A DNA stretch of 64,000 bases from Haplodiscus bocki (taxonomy: Eukaryota). The position numbers were made by a program, and so were the translations under genes. Positions 1-13,100 of the stretch are shown piece by piece. The notes under the pieces were generated by a model that searched no databases, had not been told where the DNA came from, and was given only the letters and a program-made list of their open reading frames with translations. Location: the NCBI GenBank assembly GCA_965655095.1, contig OZ296648.1:48670001-48734000 (forward strand). Direction: 5' to 3'. The first letter of the stretch is position 1. Each line of letters opens with the position of its first letter.

Positions 1-138
1 ACTGAATATAAGCAGAAAAGTTCTCTTCTTGCTGATGTCATTGAACAGCGAAAATTGGAGAAAAGAATGAAAAGTGAACAGTTCCGCGAAAACGTGAACT
101 TGCTGAACAACCATCGAAGACACCTCATACATGAACAG
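1..138 (+). CDS. Host gene, first visible exon (5'-truncated): TEYKQKSSLLADVIEQRKLEKRMKSEQFRENVNLLNNHRRHLIHEQ
   Basis: Frame 1 is open from the window start to a CAG|GTTGGT donor at 138/139, phase 0, matching the phase-0 acceptor at 453/454. Confidence 0.8.
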
Positions 139-453
139 GTTGGTTCAAAAAACTAAATTCTCTCTAACGAAGAGTTCTCTGCGCTTTTGAAAATATATTG
201 ACACCAAATTCATTTCTGCATCTCGCCGAAATGGTGAAATTTACTTGTTTGAATCGGAAAAATTTTCAAAAGGTGTTTGTTTTTTGAAGGTTGTGATGAA
301 TTGTTCTATCATTGCATTAGTACAAATCTCTTGAAAGCTACCTACAACACCAATTTGTCACATGTATATTGTTTCCAAAACATTTTTCATCGATTTAGGA
401 TAATTCGATACAAGAGTTGATTTAGGTTGATTTAGCATTTTCCATTTTCCCAG

Positions 454-1057
454 CAAAGAGTTCGCGAAGACAAAAGACGCTTAATTGGCGGTGCAATGTC
501 TCCTTCCATGATTTCTATCCCTGGTGACCACGACATTCATAGGTATCCGAAACCACCCTACCCGATAGACACGCCCAGTGAACCTTCTCGCTCCCCTTAC
601 GAGCCATACCCCGATAACAGAATCGAAACTATGGAAACGATCGTACAAAGGGTGAAGGAATTGATTCCTAGAATGGAGAGAACAGTCGCTGATCTTAAAA
701 ATGAACTGGACGCAGAAGATCTCAATTTCGTGCAATTTAATGAAGGCTCTGAAGTATTTGACAAGTATGAGCCACATCAGAAGGAAGCATTTGTTATCTG
801 TCGCAGTATTGTGAACGAGATGGTGGAAAAATCCATGGACTCGTTTCTCAGGGAGAGACTTCCGCCCGAGGCTAGACAATTCAGGGAAGAGGAGCACTTG
901 GCTGTAACAAGACAGTTGAATCAGCACGAAAAGATGAATATGCACCTGAGAGTGTTTACGTTGATTAGAGATGAACTTGTGCTTGACGTCACCTCTCAAA
1001 TGACCTTGGATGTGATTGACGAGTATTTCGAGACATGCAAATTAGCAAGTGCCAAGG
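454..1057 (+). CDS. Host gene exon 2 (Pro-rich then helical region)
   Basis: Polypyrimidine acceptor tttccattttcccag|CAA at 453/454, in frame with ORF 496..1065. Consensus donor G|GTAAGT at 1057/1058 just before the ORF stop, phase 1. Confidence 0.85.
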
Positions 1058-2399
1058 GTAAGTGAACAATCAGTATATTACAAAAATGAGAACAGCAAAA
1101 CTAAATTTAGAGGACTGGAAAAGGAAACGCTTTCCCAGTCAATTCAGATACACCAAATTGCTGTAGTAAAGTTGATCGTGGAAACCATCTGCATTTGAAT
1201 TTTGAAAAAAATTGTTAGGAAGAGGAAAAAGTTCCTTTGAACCATAGTCAACAATGAAAGTAATCTCTGATTCATCCTTGAAAATCCTTGATTGGTAATT
1301 TTACGCAGGAAAAATACTGATAACATAGTCAATTATGTTGAAACTGCCAACCAATAGCAAATCGTGGATCTTTTTTCAAACCAAAATATCTACGATTTCA
1401 GCGCGATCCAACAAGTTATGGACAAGTTGGCGAAACTTCATTCCTTTTTTTAAAGGAAAAGAATACAAAAGCAATTCTGGACATTTTTTATTTTGTCTCC
1501 TGTCTATGATTTCTTAGAACACTGTTTCCATACGCCCAATGTCCATTTTTGTTCAAATTGTTGATGACGTTTTTTATTCAGCGCTTTTACTATCAAGGAA
1601 TAAAAAAGCCCTACAGGTAAAATAAAAAAGCTCATTATATTACAATGGCTAGTAGTCTTTTTTCACGGCGTTTTTGACGAAAATGAAGCTGAAGAATGAT
1701 TTCTTGTAATCTCAAAAGAACAGAATAGACAAAAAAAGGTTTAAAATGCCCTATTCAAATACTAACCAGTTCAGCAAAATCTGCGAATTCTGAAAACACC
1801 CAACGGTCCCTACAAATTTCTCCGTCGTGTAGGAGTTTTTTTACCAAAACTGTAAAAATCTTTTTATTAACTCAGCTTTCTGAAAAACTCGGTTTTTTCA
1901 AAAACGTTCAAGGCTCCCTTTGAAGTATATTGACCCTTGACAGCGGCGTTGACTTCGGCGGTTCCCGGCGTGTTCTCAATTTGCATCGACTGTCATAAAT
2001 TTGGCCCATTTTTTGGAAATAATCAAAGTTCTTGTTAAATTATTGGAATATCAAACTTAATTCCAAGATACCTTAGTAGTTTGGTTTTCGTCAGACCATC
2101 TCAGACAAAATCAAACCCCACTGAGAATAATTTTTATTTTCACTTGCTCATTTCGCTCGGTGCGTTTGGTTATAAAAATATTTTTAGTGTGGTGTTGATT
2201 TCTTCTAAGATGGTTTCACGAAAACCCAACTTCATTCTCAAATGCATTGCGAATTTTGACACATAATGGTGAATCAACGTGTACAATGATCATTCTGTAA
2301 TATCAATCATGTACCAAGTTTTATGTTGAATATTTTTAGTTATAGAGTTTTTAGTTGCGAATCAACACGTAAATTAATCATTGTGTGATTATACTTGCG

Positions 2400-2630
2400 C
2401 AAGTCTTGATTTTTTCCCGATCCGTTCACATTTGACACAAGCTCCTAGATTTGACTAAATAGGAGGGAGTGGACTAAGCTCGAACCCGAAACCCTTTGCG
2501 TACCAGTGGCATGCTTTACCCCGACTATGCCATTGTCGCTTGAGAATCAGTGTTTTCATTTAAAATAGGAAGCGAATGAAGTATTACAGCGGTTCTTACT
2601 TGTATATAAATGCAGAAGAATCAACTGGGT
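2400..2630 (-). repeat. Dispersed repeat with tRNA-derived (Pol III A/B box) core, copy 1
   Basis: Minus strand has A-box TGGCATAGTCGG (~2521-2532) and B-box GGGTTCGAGC (~2478-2487). Aligns by eye with 3862-4085. Confidence 0.6.
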
Positions 2631-3584
2631 TTTTGGACATTTGTGATCAGTAGTATTGGTAGTCTCGTGACCCCTTCAAAAATCTGTTATATTCTGTGGA
2701 TTTGTTCGCTAGTCTTCCGTTGGTGCAAGTGTTGCGAAACACAGCTTCGCCTCTGTATATTATTTATACTTTTGCATTATATATTGAGAGTTAATTTTTG
2801 TGAGCATGTAATTGGCGAAACTACTTTGACTTACGAAGTGATGACAATGGCAGTTTTATATGCATGATTGCAAAAAGTTTCACATGCGCTTTTTTTTGCA
2901 GTCATGCGATAAAGCCGAAATACTAGCTTGATGTACAGATTTTACAAATTGCCGGAGCTTTAAACACACAGGAAAAAAGATCACGAGACGTTAGGCGGCT
3001 TCGTTCTCTAATTCATCCCAATTTTTGTTTGCCTTTGTTGATCCTAAGAACAGGTGATTGGATTGGACTATGAGTAGACGCCAACTGGACAAACCTTCGT
3101 TGTTGACGGAAACAAAGAAAACGAGCTTTCTACATGACCTGCATAGTCGATCTAGTTTCATGCCTACAGTAGAATTTTATTTTCTCAAGCAAGAATTGTG
3201 TTCTACGAACAACATTTGAATAATCACCTGGAAAACAAAAGAATTTGGTAAACGAATGCTTCAGCAAATCAAAGGTCAAACCAAAATATGTTTGGCTTGC
3301 CGAAGGTAATTAGTAGAACCCCAAAAGATGTCTAGAAAACTTCAATATGAAATTCGCACAGATATTTTCAAAAAGATTCCTGATTAATTTAGTACCTTTC
3401 TAGTACTCAGCGAAACCAGAAATTTGTAGTCTCCTTCAGAAATTAATATGCCATTTGAGTGACAAGAAATTTTTTTCAAGTAATACATGATATTAAAGCT
3501 TCCTGGTTCAGTGGGCATGGAACTTATTGAAATATATACTGTTACTCCTTCGAATATAAAGTATAGGCAAAAGAATTAAGTGTT

Positions 3585-3736
3585 TTAAACTATGAAAGAT
3601 CTGAAGTTAGTAATGATTCGGAAAAAGATTTTTACGGAAAATGACTTAAAACTATGAAAGAAGATCTGAAGTTAGTAATGATTCGGAAAAAGAATTTTAC
3701 GGAAAATTTTTACGGAATAATGATTCGGAAAAAGAA
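3585..3736 (+). repeat. Local tandem duplication (~61-bp unit, two copies plus a partial)
   Basis: aaactatgaaaga...tctgaagttagtaatgattcggaaaaaga.ttttacggaaaat occurs twice, followed by a third taatgattcggaaaaaga. Confidence 0.85.
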
Positions 3737-3861
3737 GTTGACGAATAATGTTTTCTTCGGCATTTCCTGCGGACATGTTAGTGATCGAATGAGAGTTGAA
3801 ATTGTTGCTGTGTATGATGTTGATTACACCTTCGCAAATTCGCAAACGAGTGTACCATCAC

Positions 3862-4085
3862 TGTCTTTTTCTCCGATCCATTGACAAATCACACAAGTTC
3901 CCCAGACTTTGATCAAGGGTAGGATGGGTTGTCTTGGGCTAGAACTTGGGATCTTTCGCACCGCAGTTGCTTGCTCCACTGACCGTGCCATTGCTCCTTG
4001 AGAATCAGCATTTTTGTTTAAACTGTCAAATGAATTAAATTTTATTGCGTTTGTTGCTCGTATAAAAATGCAGAATCAACTCAGC
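3862..4085 (-). repeat. Dispersed repeat with tRNA-derived core, copy 2
   Basis: Minus strand A-box TGGCACGGTCAGTGG and degenerate B-box AGTTCTAGCCC. Shares ccgatcc...acacaag, gccattg...cttgagaatcag and aaatgcagaa...aatcaact blocks with copy 1. Confidence 0.6.
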
Positions 4086-4229
4086 TTCTGCATACTGGTT
4101 ATCAATAGTATTCGTTGTATCGTGGTACCCTTAACAAGCATTTAAATTTAGTCGATTTGCTCACTAGTTTTTTGTTGGCCTTAATGTTCCAGAGCACGGC
4201 TTCACTTTGGGTAAAAACGTAGAGAAAGA

Positions 4230-4810
4230 AACACAAAAGTAAAGGTAAATTTGAAGAGTTTATAGTTTTAAGTTTTTGAACCTTAAAGCAAGATCTGCTT
4301 CTAATGAGCAAACTACAATATTTAAGATTTACAGTTCTGGACTTGAGGAATTTACTTATGTTTGAAACGGTTCATCTTGAACTTTGACCGAAATTGGCTG
4401 GAAATAACTTAAAAATACACTATGTGGACGGCCAGTGTTTCATTTTTTGTATGGAAGCTTTAGTTACCACAAGAGACTTGAAAAAGCAGTTGGACTACGC
4501 TCGCCGACCGTCAACAAAAAATTCATACTTGCCAGAGGGGCCTTCACTGCTCCTGGATGCATTTGCGGCGTTAAGAAATATGTGTGAAGTAAGTCGTATA
4601 ATTGTGGTGATAATGAAGCCGAAGGCCAGCTGTAGGTTTTCATAGTAACAAGCGCTGATTGAATCATGACGATTTCCAGGAGGCAACAGAAGATACAAGC
4701 ACACGAAGTCGTTATCACTAGATGTACCTCAAAAAGTTACTGCGAAGAGTTTTGAGAAACTTCCAGAGCGAACGTTACTATTTGAATCAATAGAATCAGT
4801 TGCTTTCCGA
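4230..4810 (+). pseudogene. Polinton protein-primed DNA polymerase B, C-terminal fragment
   Basis: Translates to LLMSKLQYLRFTVLDLRNLLMFE...LKIHYVDGQCFIF...LDAFAALRNM...RSRYH*MYLKK, a decayed version of the pPolB KPxYxGFxVLELSK..YxDTDS..FxxLRSK motifs. Colinear with the 33-kb copy. Confidence 0.7.
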
Positions 4811-6193
4811 TGGAAAGTTTCAAGAAAGCGTATCCAAAAATTGAAGGAAATAATCTGAACCAGATGCCAAATTCAAAAAAGAGTTTCCAATAAACAAACA
4901 AATAAGGAGATGGCTTCAGTGCATATTGTGGAACTTTTGTGGTGGAAAAAAATAAGAATTGTTAAGAGGACTATAAAAATAGAGTTAACAAACGACATCT
5001 AAATTATCTGAAAGAGAAAAACGAAAATGACCTTCAAACTTGCTAATAAGGTAAAAATCAGACAGGTGTGCTGAATGACGAAATATGAAGAAACTTTAAG
5101 CGCCAATATTAAACATTTTATGCCAGCAATTACAATCCTCACCGCTTATGAGGAGTCTTTAAATTTGAGGATGTCAACAATAATTGGTTGTAGATTTCGA
5201 AATTGAAACTATGTATAGTTTTTGAAATAATGGGCATTTAGGTTTATTTGATAATTCTTATGGTGTTGAATGAAAAATTGTTAGTTCTGGAATATAAATG
5301 AGTTGGAATTCAACTGAAGATGATGGAAATAAAGTTCTTTCGATGTTTTCTTGGAATAGTATCCATGGAAGTGAGAATTGAAGTAAAACAATTTGATGTT
5401 TGTAATAACCCTGTACTTGTCTGTAAAACCTAATTCTTGCTTTAGAAATTGAACTTCCTTACTTGCTATGTGGCTAGTTGGTCTAAGCAGCTCATGTATC
5501 GCGGGAGCGTTGTATTTGACTCGACCCTGATTGAAGGTTGGTCGATTTGTTGTCAAGTGGCTTCGCAGTCCGATATCACCACGTCCTATGATCAACGATT
5601 ACAACCTAAAATTTGAAGTCAAATTGAGAATGAAAATGCACAACCTGGCGGTATTTCTTTTATGTGCGTTTGAAACATGCAACATTATCATGTGCACTCG
5701 GGATCGCGGTATTTTTTCAAAAAACAAACAGTAAAGCTCATCTGAACTTTTGCAATTATGCTTTTAAAACTTGCTCCATCAAGCATTCGTAATAATCATT
5801 GTAATTGGGACTTATGTACAGTTTCAAAATTTTCTTCTGAATGCAATTACTGTTCTCTCTTGAATTATAACCGAGAGTCGTTAAAATAACTCTTTACCAA
5901 TTCCAGCCATCAGACAGAAATATTTTCAGTTAACTGATATCGATACTCAAGATGAGCCTGAAGATAGTATAATCAAAATTCCCCTAAACTGATGCAAATC
6001 TGTAATGGGTAATTCAGGTCTACCTGCAGCCTTAGTTCTTTGCTTGAAGTGCAGATACAAAATGAACTTCCTGAAACAAAATTTCCAGAAATTAGTTTCC
6101 AGAGATCAAAATGAATTGCAGAAACAAAACTTGTAATTAGAAAAAAATGCCAGTGAAACATTCAGGAAGAGAGATTCAAGGAGTCGGCATTCA

Positions 6194-7000
6194 ATGGTTG
6201 ACAAGTTCGTCGGGAAAACCTATTCTTAACCACCAGGAAAAGATTTTTCATATCAATGAAGTCGTAGTGAAATAAAGAAAAGATTTGGAGTCCTAACTTG
6301 CGAAATTTAATAGACTATAAGATTAAAATTGATAGATATTCTAGATATATCTTAGTTGAAATGCATAATTTTAGCAATTCTAATTGTACTATTCCAGTAA
6401 ACAATGACTATGCTAGAACAACAATTGATGAATCCTCCAGCTACCTTCTGTCGTCAAAGATGAACCCATCATGAATTGAAACCGATGATGGTAATGAATT
6501 TTCGAATAATATTTTGAAATTTTTCCTAGAATATAAGGGCAACAGGAGATATTAAACATATACGGCTAAGGCAACACATTTTGCTGAAAACTTCAACAGA
6601 ACTTTTCTAAATTAGTCGAAGCAGCCATTTTTAAAGACGGTTATGCTGACTGGATAGAAAAAATAAAACAGCACTGTTCAGAGCTCAACTAAGATGACTC
6701 CCGTTTATGTTTCCCCAAATTTAACGAAAAATAAGTATATAACAATATACAAAATAAATTAAAGAAGAGAAAACTAAACTTTGGTTTAGGCCGTATAGTC
6801 AGATTTGTTGATACTTGGAATGTTTCCTCTGAAGGATATAGAACAAATTGGAGATGGAAATTTATATTATTGCTGAATTTTTAGATCATACAATTCCTCG
6901 GTAGCCTTTGTTCCAAATAGTGAAAAATGGAATGAAGCAACATCAAAGAATTTTCATTCTCTTGGAAGATAAATTTGAAACGTTACTGAAAACATTTTTT
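6194..7000 (+). pseudogene. Polinton-type retroviral-like (DDE/rve) integrase
   Basis: YILVEMHNFSN...IETDDGNEFSN...FAENFNRTF...WIEK...KMTP...SEGYRTNW, with stops and frameshifts. These match the D..DxGxEF..AERFNRT and KGxxxNW signatures of Polinton integrases. Confidence 0.8.
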
Positions 7001-10000
7001 GAAGTTTTCCAGATATTTTCTAATAAAAAGATCTTAATAGTATGGGACTAATCGAGAGGACATTGCTGCAATAATTGTTGCTTTTGTTTAGTTAGGAAAA
7101 TTATCCAAGAATATCTACCTTCGAATAGCATTTTCCTTAAAGCAGGAGTGAAAAGAAACTATGGCAATTGTAAAAATTTTCACCCTACAATTGAAAAAGA
7201 GGAATGTTCACGTTCTGAACTCTAATTAAGGAACCAAAGAAGAACAGGTAAAACATGTGAAACAATTTTAGGTCGATTCGAGGGAGAAAAACATGAATTC
7301 GCTGAATCTCATAACAGTAACATAAGTAAAAGAAACGATGATAGTCGAAGATTTTCTATATTTTGTAAATTTCAATAAAAAGTCATTTAATTCTCGAAAA
7401 CATTCAAAAACAGCTATGAAAAGAACTTGAAACTCCTGAAAAGACATACCGTGGTGTCTGCGATGTATGGGTTCAAAAACCTATGCTGGACATTGAAATT
7501 CTAAAAGATATTTTACAAACAAAGGAGATAAGTCATCAAAAGTATATAATTTGACTGATTTAGATTCAAATGATTTTCAGCGATGATCGTTTTTTCAAAT
7601 TCAGAATCTAATAAAAAGATTGTTTTTGCAAAAGTTTGTTCTCTTGTTAAATCAGAGCAAAGGACCTAACTTTTCGAGAATGATTCTAATCCTGTAAATG
7701 GAACATATTTTGAAACCCATTCTGACTTATTAAATTAATCATGCCTCTTTTCATGATTTATTTAAATCTAATGATGTTGATCCGCATTGTCCTTATGAAA
7801 ACCAAAAGTAGTTTTTTTATAAGACAGTGGAGTTTTCATAGTCCACAGAAATTCATGGAATGATTATAGAGTCACGTTATGAATTTGCTGTAGGCATTTC
7901 AGAAATGAAGGGTTGTAGTTGGAGATAAGATGAAGGATCTCTCACTGAAAAACGAGACGCTAGACAATTTCTAGAAGGGGAAGATCGTTTGTCAAACCAA
8001 CAATGGAAGTGAAGGGAGTTATACTTGAACAAAAAAATGAGAACTTTTGTGCATTTTGGAGAATTCTAGCTCATCAGTATCTTGCGACAGTACATAATTA
8101 GAGAAAACAATCTGAGAAACATTTTGCCACAGTCAAAAGTGGTGAAATTATATTCAGAATTGACTGATATAGAAAAAATCGGAGCAATTGAATAATTTCT
8201 TTGTCAGTGTATTTGAGGTAAGAACATAACGGAATCACGTAAATTTGTACTGCATATTTCTTCTCAGGTAGAAGTAACAGAATTACTACGTGAAAACCAT
8301 TTTTGTCTTATTTAAGAGCTCCATGTATTCTTGGAGAATCCTACTTTGGAACATGCTTGACCAAGTTGCTTGTCTTGTTATTCCTGTAATAATTTTTTGA
8401 AAAATCATCAATAGATTTGTCCCTATCAAGAGTCATGCCCTAAAAAATTTCCGAGAGAATTGTTTCTGTTTGGATGAAATTAACCACAAGGTTCATTTCC
8501 CTTTCAGCGTTTTTCTGTGATACTGAGGCTATGAAAAATTTCGCTGACTTTTAAAACGTCAGATGATATACGCCTCTCCTTTCCAGTTTCTTTGAAGATC
8601 AAAGTAATTAGCTATGCCAAATTGAAACTTTGACTGGGAAACAGAGAAATGATTCATGAATGAGATGAAAAACCAAACAAATAAAAACCCATCACTTTCA
8701 AGAACACAGATATTGATATTAAAGTGTCCAGAAAAGGCTGAAAAAGCATCTAACAAAGTAACACACTGCTGGTTATGTGATCACTTTCTGAGGGAATTTA
8801 GTGAAATTTGAGACAATTGTAATTTTATAATTTGTAAAAAAAACTTTTTTCTTTTTGCAATTTAAAATTTAACAAATCACTAACAAATCCGTATCATTTC
8901 ACACTCTCAGTAAAATTGACTTTTACTTTTGCTTGAAACAGTTTTAGTGAGTCAAAAAGAGTAACAAAAAGTTTTTCCAAGAACGAATGAAAGTTTCATC
9001 TCGCAAAAAATTTGTGATCAACGACTTACAGACTCGTGTATCGTTTAGATTGTTACCGCCAACCCTGAATTCTTTGGCCAAACTTCTCAGCAAAAGAGAT
9101 TTTAAAATTTTCAAATATAAATGCCTTTTCCACAAAAAAATCAGTAGTTCGTAGACACTTTACTACAATGATAGTCCAACAATTGGGTATTTTGAATTAC
9201 TTGAAGGTTATTGCAAGTCTCTCCCTCGCCTAGATTGATAAAACTTGTTTCGCAACTCAATTTTTTTTGAGAAGTGAATGAATTAGATAGAACATCTAAA
9301 ATAAATGAAAAGTTACATACTGAAGTAGGAAAAGATCTTCTGTTCTTCAACAAATCCGTTTTCTTTTTACCAGCAGATGATTCTGACATTTTTTGTAAGT
9401 TTGCGTTGAAAAGAAGTACACTTCACTCCGCCGTATTTTGTACTTTTACCTTTTATTCGCTTATAGATGGAGTCCTGGGTCGAAATATTACTGGAGTTTA
9501 TACAGGTGGAGGAATTACTCTTTTAATTGAAGGAGGACTTGCAGGTGTTTTTAATGAAGTAACTGGGGCTCGTAATGTACAAACTGCTTGCTGAAGAAAA
9601 TCAGTTCGTACTGTTTTTTGATCCAAAAGTTTTGTATGGATTAGGATTTTCTCAATAACTACCATATATTAGCAATAAGTTTGTTTTTGGCCTACAATTT
9701 ATGGCCTCAGATGGCGCGGTTACTGAAAACGCTACTGAAATAGTTTTAGGATAATCTCAAGAAGCTAAGAATTCACCCAAGTCACCGTCATGTCCAGGGA
9801 AGTAAAAGATTGCATAAGAAAGCTTTTATGGACTCATGTGTTCGAAGATGGCAAAAACATAGAGCACATAAAAAACTAATTGGCGATGACACAGATTTGA
9901 AAAAAAAAATCCGTAAAATAGACAACTTAAGAGTTTTAAAAGAAGATCTGGAAGTTGAAAAAATACACAGAGCAGGGAGTCCCGAACAGAAATCGCAGTT

Positions 10001-10199
10001 GAAACTAGATAAAACGACAGAAATTTTCTAGAAAGAGCTGCGACAGATAATAATGTTTTCTGAGAGTTTTACTTTCTTTTGAATATTGCAATTTATGGGA
10101 AAACTGTAGATTTTGTTTGCAATAAATTGGGATTAAAATTAACGAAAGGCTCAGAGAAAATCACAAATCGCCAGAGTACGAATAATTTTGCTGGTTCAA

Positions 10200-13100
10200 A
10201 ATCATATGGAGCTTTTCTTTGTTTATCATTTAAAAAAAAGTAAAATTGAGTTTTTTGGGTTCAACGAATTTTTTTATCCGAACTTGTCGAAAGTTTTCAT
10301 GTTAATATGAAACCTTCCTGCGATCTGTTGTATGATGATGTCAAATTCTATGGGAATGAAGTCCCGGCAACTCTGTTTTGTCGAACCAAACACCTTTCAC
10401 AAAAAGTGTAACACTAACCCTGCCGATAATAAAGTGCCGTTCACTCAATACCGTAGATTTTTCAACATCGACATTGGCTAGGCAGTTTTTCAAATGAACG
10501 ACAACGATAAACTCGATGCCTTAAACACAACTACCGAATCTTTACAACCAACAAACAGAAACACCGCACTTCCTATGGAAAACCCATTGGCGTTGTGAAT
10601 GCACTCATTATATAGAAACAGTTCATAATTTGATCTGATTTTTCAACAACTGGAATCTTTTGTTTTTTCCCATATTGGTGAAGACGCAGTTTCAAAAGAT
10701 GAAAACGTTTTTTTCGTCGAAAAACACACCTTGTCAAATTTTGATTTTTCCAACGTACAATTTTTTCTGATTTTTTTTTGTCTCAAAAACCTCATAATTA
10801 GGGCTGAAAAGACATTTTCAAATAACACCAATTGATATGCATGCTAAAACAAATTGGCTACCCTTAACATTTTTGAAAAAAAACTTTTTTCAGAAAAACC
10901 CATTTCTTTCCTAACAAAAAACCCAAAAGTTTGAATGTTTTGAAAAATTTTTCTATTTCAGTCGCATTCCACAGCAAACTGGCGACCTTAAGCGGTTTTA
11001 AAAGACACCATAAATTGCTTTCGGGAAACACATCTTTTAAAAAAACAATATTTTTGAACGTTTTGAGACTTCTTACTATTTCAGTCGCATTCTACGGCAA
11101 ACTTGCTACCTTTAGCCAATTTTGAAAAACTCAATTGTTTTCGGAAAACCGATCCAGTTTTTTTTAAAAAAACCTCAAGTTTCCAACGTTTTGAGAAATC
11201 TTACTAATTCACCCGCATTCTACGGCAAATTTGCCTCCACTTGATGAAAAAAATTAAACAAGTGAACAACCGATGTTGGCTTGTTTGCGCGTGTTCAATT
11301 GGCAAAAACCGGGTAAAAAACGGACTTATTTGAGAGGAAGATTATGCTTTGATATTATTAAGAATATGGCGCAAAGTATCAATATTAGAAAAGACCAGAT
11401 ATCTATCATCAGCTGCTTTCAAAGGAAAGAAGTTTATCACCTGTTTTCAATAATGCTCAAAAGCAATGTATTAAAGTTAAATAAGAACATCATTTAGACA
11501 GTTGGAGAAATTCGATCAGTTGCTGACATGCTTTGTACATCTTTCACCAAAAAAAACTACAAGTAAATCAACCTACGAAACATCTTCATCTCCAATAGAG
11601 TTTTCTGCAAAGGATGAAACCAATCAAAATAATGGCGATGAAATTAAAGCGAAACATGATCTGTTTTCCCACACAAAAAGTTGAATGTACCGTACAGTTG
11701 CTGCTCTCGGAACTAATCATTTCCCAATTCGTATTCATGATGAAAAAGAGATTATCATCCAAAACTTTTAACTTCTATCTCATTCCAATGTTTATAAAGT
11801 AGAGATAAAAGGCTCGTCAAAAAACATAATACATCTTTCTTACATCAATTCTCTATCCTTAATGATGCTAATATAAGTAATCATGATAACACAAATGACA
11901 ACAGAATTCCTGATGAAGTTGTTCCACTCACATCTGACCTCTTCGTTGGGTCAAACATTGAAAACACTTTGCACGAACCCCGTCTCTTTTGAACCAGCTG
12001 TCTGAAAACGATGTCTCCCTAAATAAAAAGTCAACATGATTTTCCAAAACAAAACTCCAGTTCCTCTTATGACCCTTCCTTTTTTGCAACTATCGAGAAT
12101 GTTTCGAAAACTTCTCACCTTGAGACCTTGCATTGAGTAGACACACTGTCTTCAGATATCAGGAAAAAGATCCTGTTTTGAAAATTGTAGATTCTTGACG
12201 CCTCATGAATTCTAAATCGGAATACAAAACACCATTTCTTGTCATCAATCCATTTTAAAAAACTTGTTCAGTTATCGTTGCATGTGTCTCCACTGTTTAC
12301 AATGAGATTTCTTCGCTATTCAACACCAACTAAATGCAGACAAATATCACGTCTTTGTTAACCATTGTATTTAATTAACGCTGCTTTTACTACAATACGT
12401 TAACTTTCCCACACTGGATTAAACAGAGCTGAAAGTGGTTTTAATCAGTGTTACTTTATTCATTTGCTCCAAAAGTGGCTTTCCAGTTTTCTTCATGCTT
12501 GTATCGGATGCCAACTCAGCAAGTCATTCGAAACAAAAACTCAATTTTTTTCAAAATTGACTCCATCTTTTAGTCACCGTATCCAAATGGAAACTAAAAG
12601 ACCTGAAAACCCTCGCTGTGATAGTAATCGAAACTTTATGGTCTTTTTTGGCCATTTTTGTGACTTTTTTGTTAATGTGCCTGTGACAAAGAATAATGCT
12701 GAGCAAGGTGTAAATGGTCTTTTCCATCATTGGGTTGCTAAATTTGGTCCATCACAATATTTAATACTTCTTTGAATTACTGAATACCTTACTTCTTACA
12801 CAGCAAATATATGCACACTGTTTCATGATCGTCATTCGTCACGAACTTGTCATGCCCCTTGGATGAATGGCCTTGTAGACGTTTAGAATGAATACCTCGG
12901 CACATGAGTAGGTATTTTTTCATATAATATACCACAGAACTGGTTACAAGTACATTTCTTTTAGGGAAAGCACACAAATCTCAATCTGTTACCTTTTTAA
13001 ACATTACATCATAAAAGATAGTATTTAAAACTAAACCATTACTCCTTCTACATTTTCAGTTAAACTTCACTGCAGACGTTCAAAGAAAATGCACTGATAC

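Larger units (their letters stand above)
4230..8000. mobile_element. Decayed Polinton/Maverick fragment inside the host intron
   Basis: pPolB and integrase remnants with closely packed decayed ORFs between and after them (e.g. 5281..5595 on -). No termini identified. Confidence 0.65.

Noticed and set aside
481-999. 172-aa minus-strand ORF
   Set aside because: Antisense shadow of exon 2.
1150-1440. Copia RNase H remnant (VNNES..LENP..YVETANQ*QIVDLF)
   Set aside because: Suggestive but too degenerate to call without a profile search.
2470-2535. Functional tRNA gene (also 3930-3995)
   Set aside because: A and B boxes are present but I could not build a clean cloverleaf, and the two copies are diverged like neutral repeats.
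10845-11245. CRISPR array (conserved core with variable intervals)
   Set aside because: The period of ~125 bp is too long, the intervals resemble each other, the cores are degenerate, there are no cas genes, and the context is eukaryotic.
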